Origin: the human T2T-CHM13v2.0 reference genome, Homo sapiens
Length of the DNA: 64,000 bases
Assembly (NCBI RefSeq): GCF_009914755.1
Contig: NC_060933.1
Reading direction: 5' to 3' (one strand)
In this document: positions 63,841 through 64,000 of the stretch, piece after piece
Position numbering within the stretch: position 1 is the stretch's first letter
Layout: the number at the start of each line of letters is the position of its first letter
The notes under the pieces: model-generated
The model's input: the letters and a program-made list of their open reading frames with translations, nothing else
The model's database searches: none
Told to the model about the DNA's origin: nothing
Position numbers and translations under genes: made by a program

Positions 63841-64000
63841 AGCATCTTGGTTGCAGGTTGTACATATGAGTTGAAGACTCTCAGCCAGTGACAGGGTTTC
63901 AGGGACAGGGTAATTTTAGGCAGAGTTTTGGAGCCTCATTTAGGTATAAAGATGCTAACTAAATTTTCAGAAGGTAAGTTTATGGAGATGTCTTTGAAAA

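Overview
This is primate genomic DNA, almost certainly human: AT-rich, CpG-depleted and dense in Alu, L1, L2, MIR and LTR relics. The window lies inside SLC44A1 (choline transporter-like protein 1, CTL1/CD92), transcribed on the + strand. It holds two coding exons with canonical AG/GT boundaries. 45820-45909 encodes [30 protein letters not shown] and 56312-56454 encodes [48 protein letters not shown]. They splice in frame and match my recollection of the human CTL1 N-terminus (probably exons 2 and 3). Everything else is intron; no promoter, CpG island or first exon is visible. The supplied ORF track is essentially spurious (Alu-derived or random frames) apart from two fossil L1 ORF1-like frames. 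I found no convincing new biological system. The most notable items are a solo HERV-H LTR7-family element antisense to the gene, a 54-bp filler apparently copied from 2 kb away into an L1 deletion, a 79-bp tandem duplication behind a strong cryptic acceptor, a strong antisense Alu bias with inverted pairs, and UG-repeat-associated candidate cryptic exons. Repeat subfamily calls and boundaries were made by eye and are approximate.
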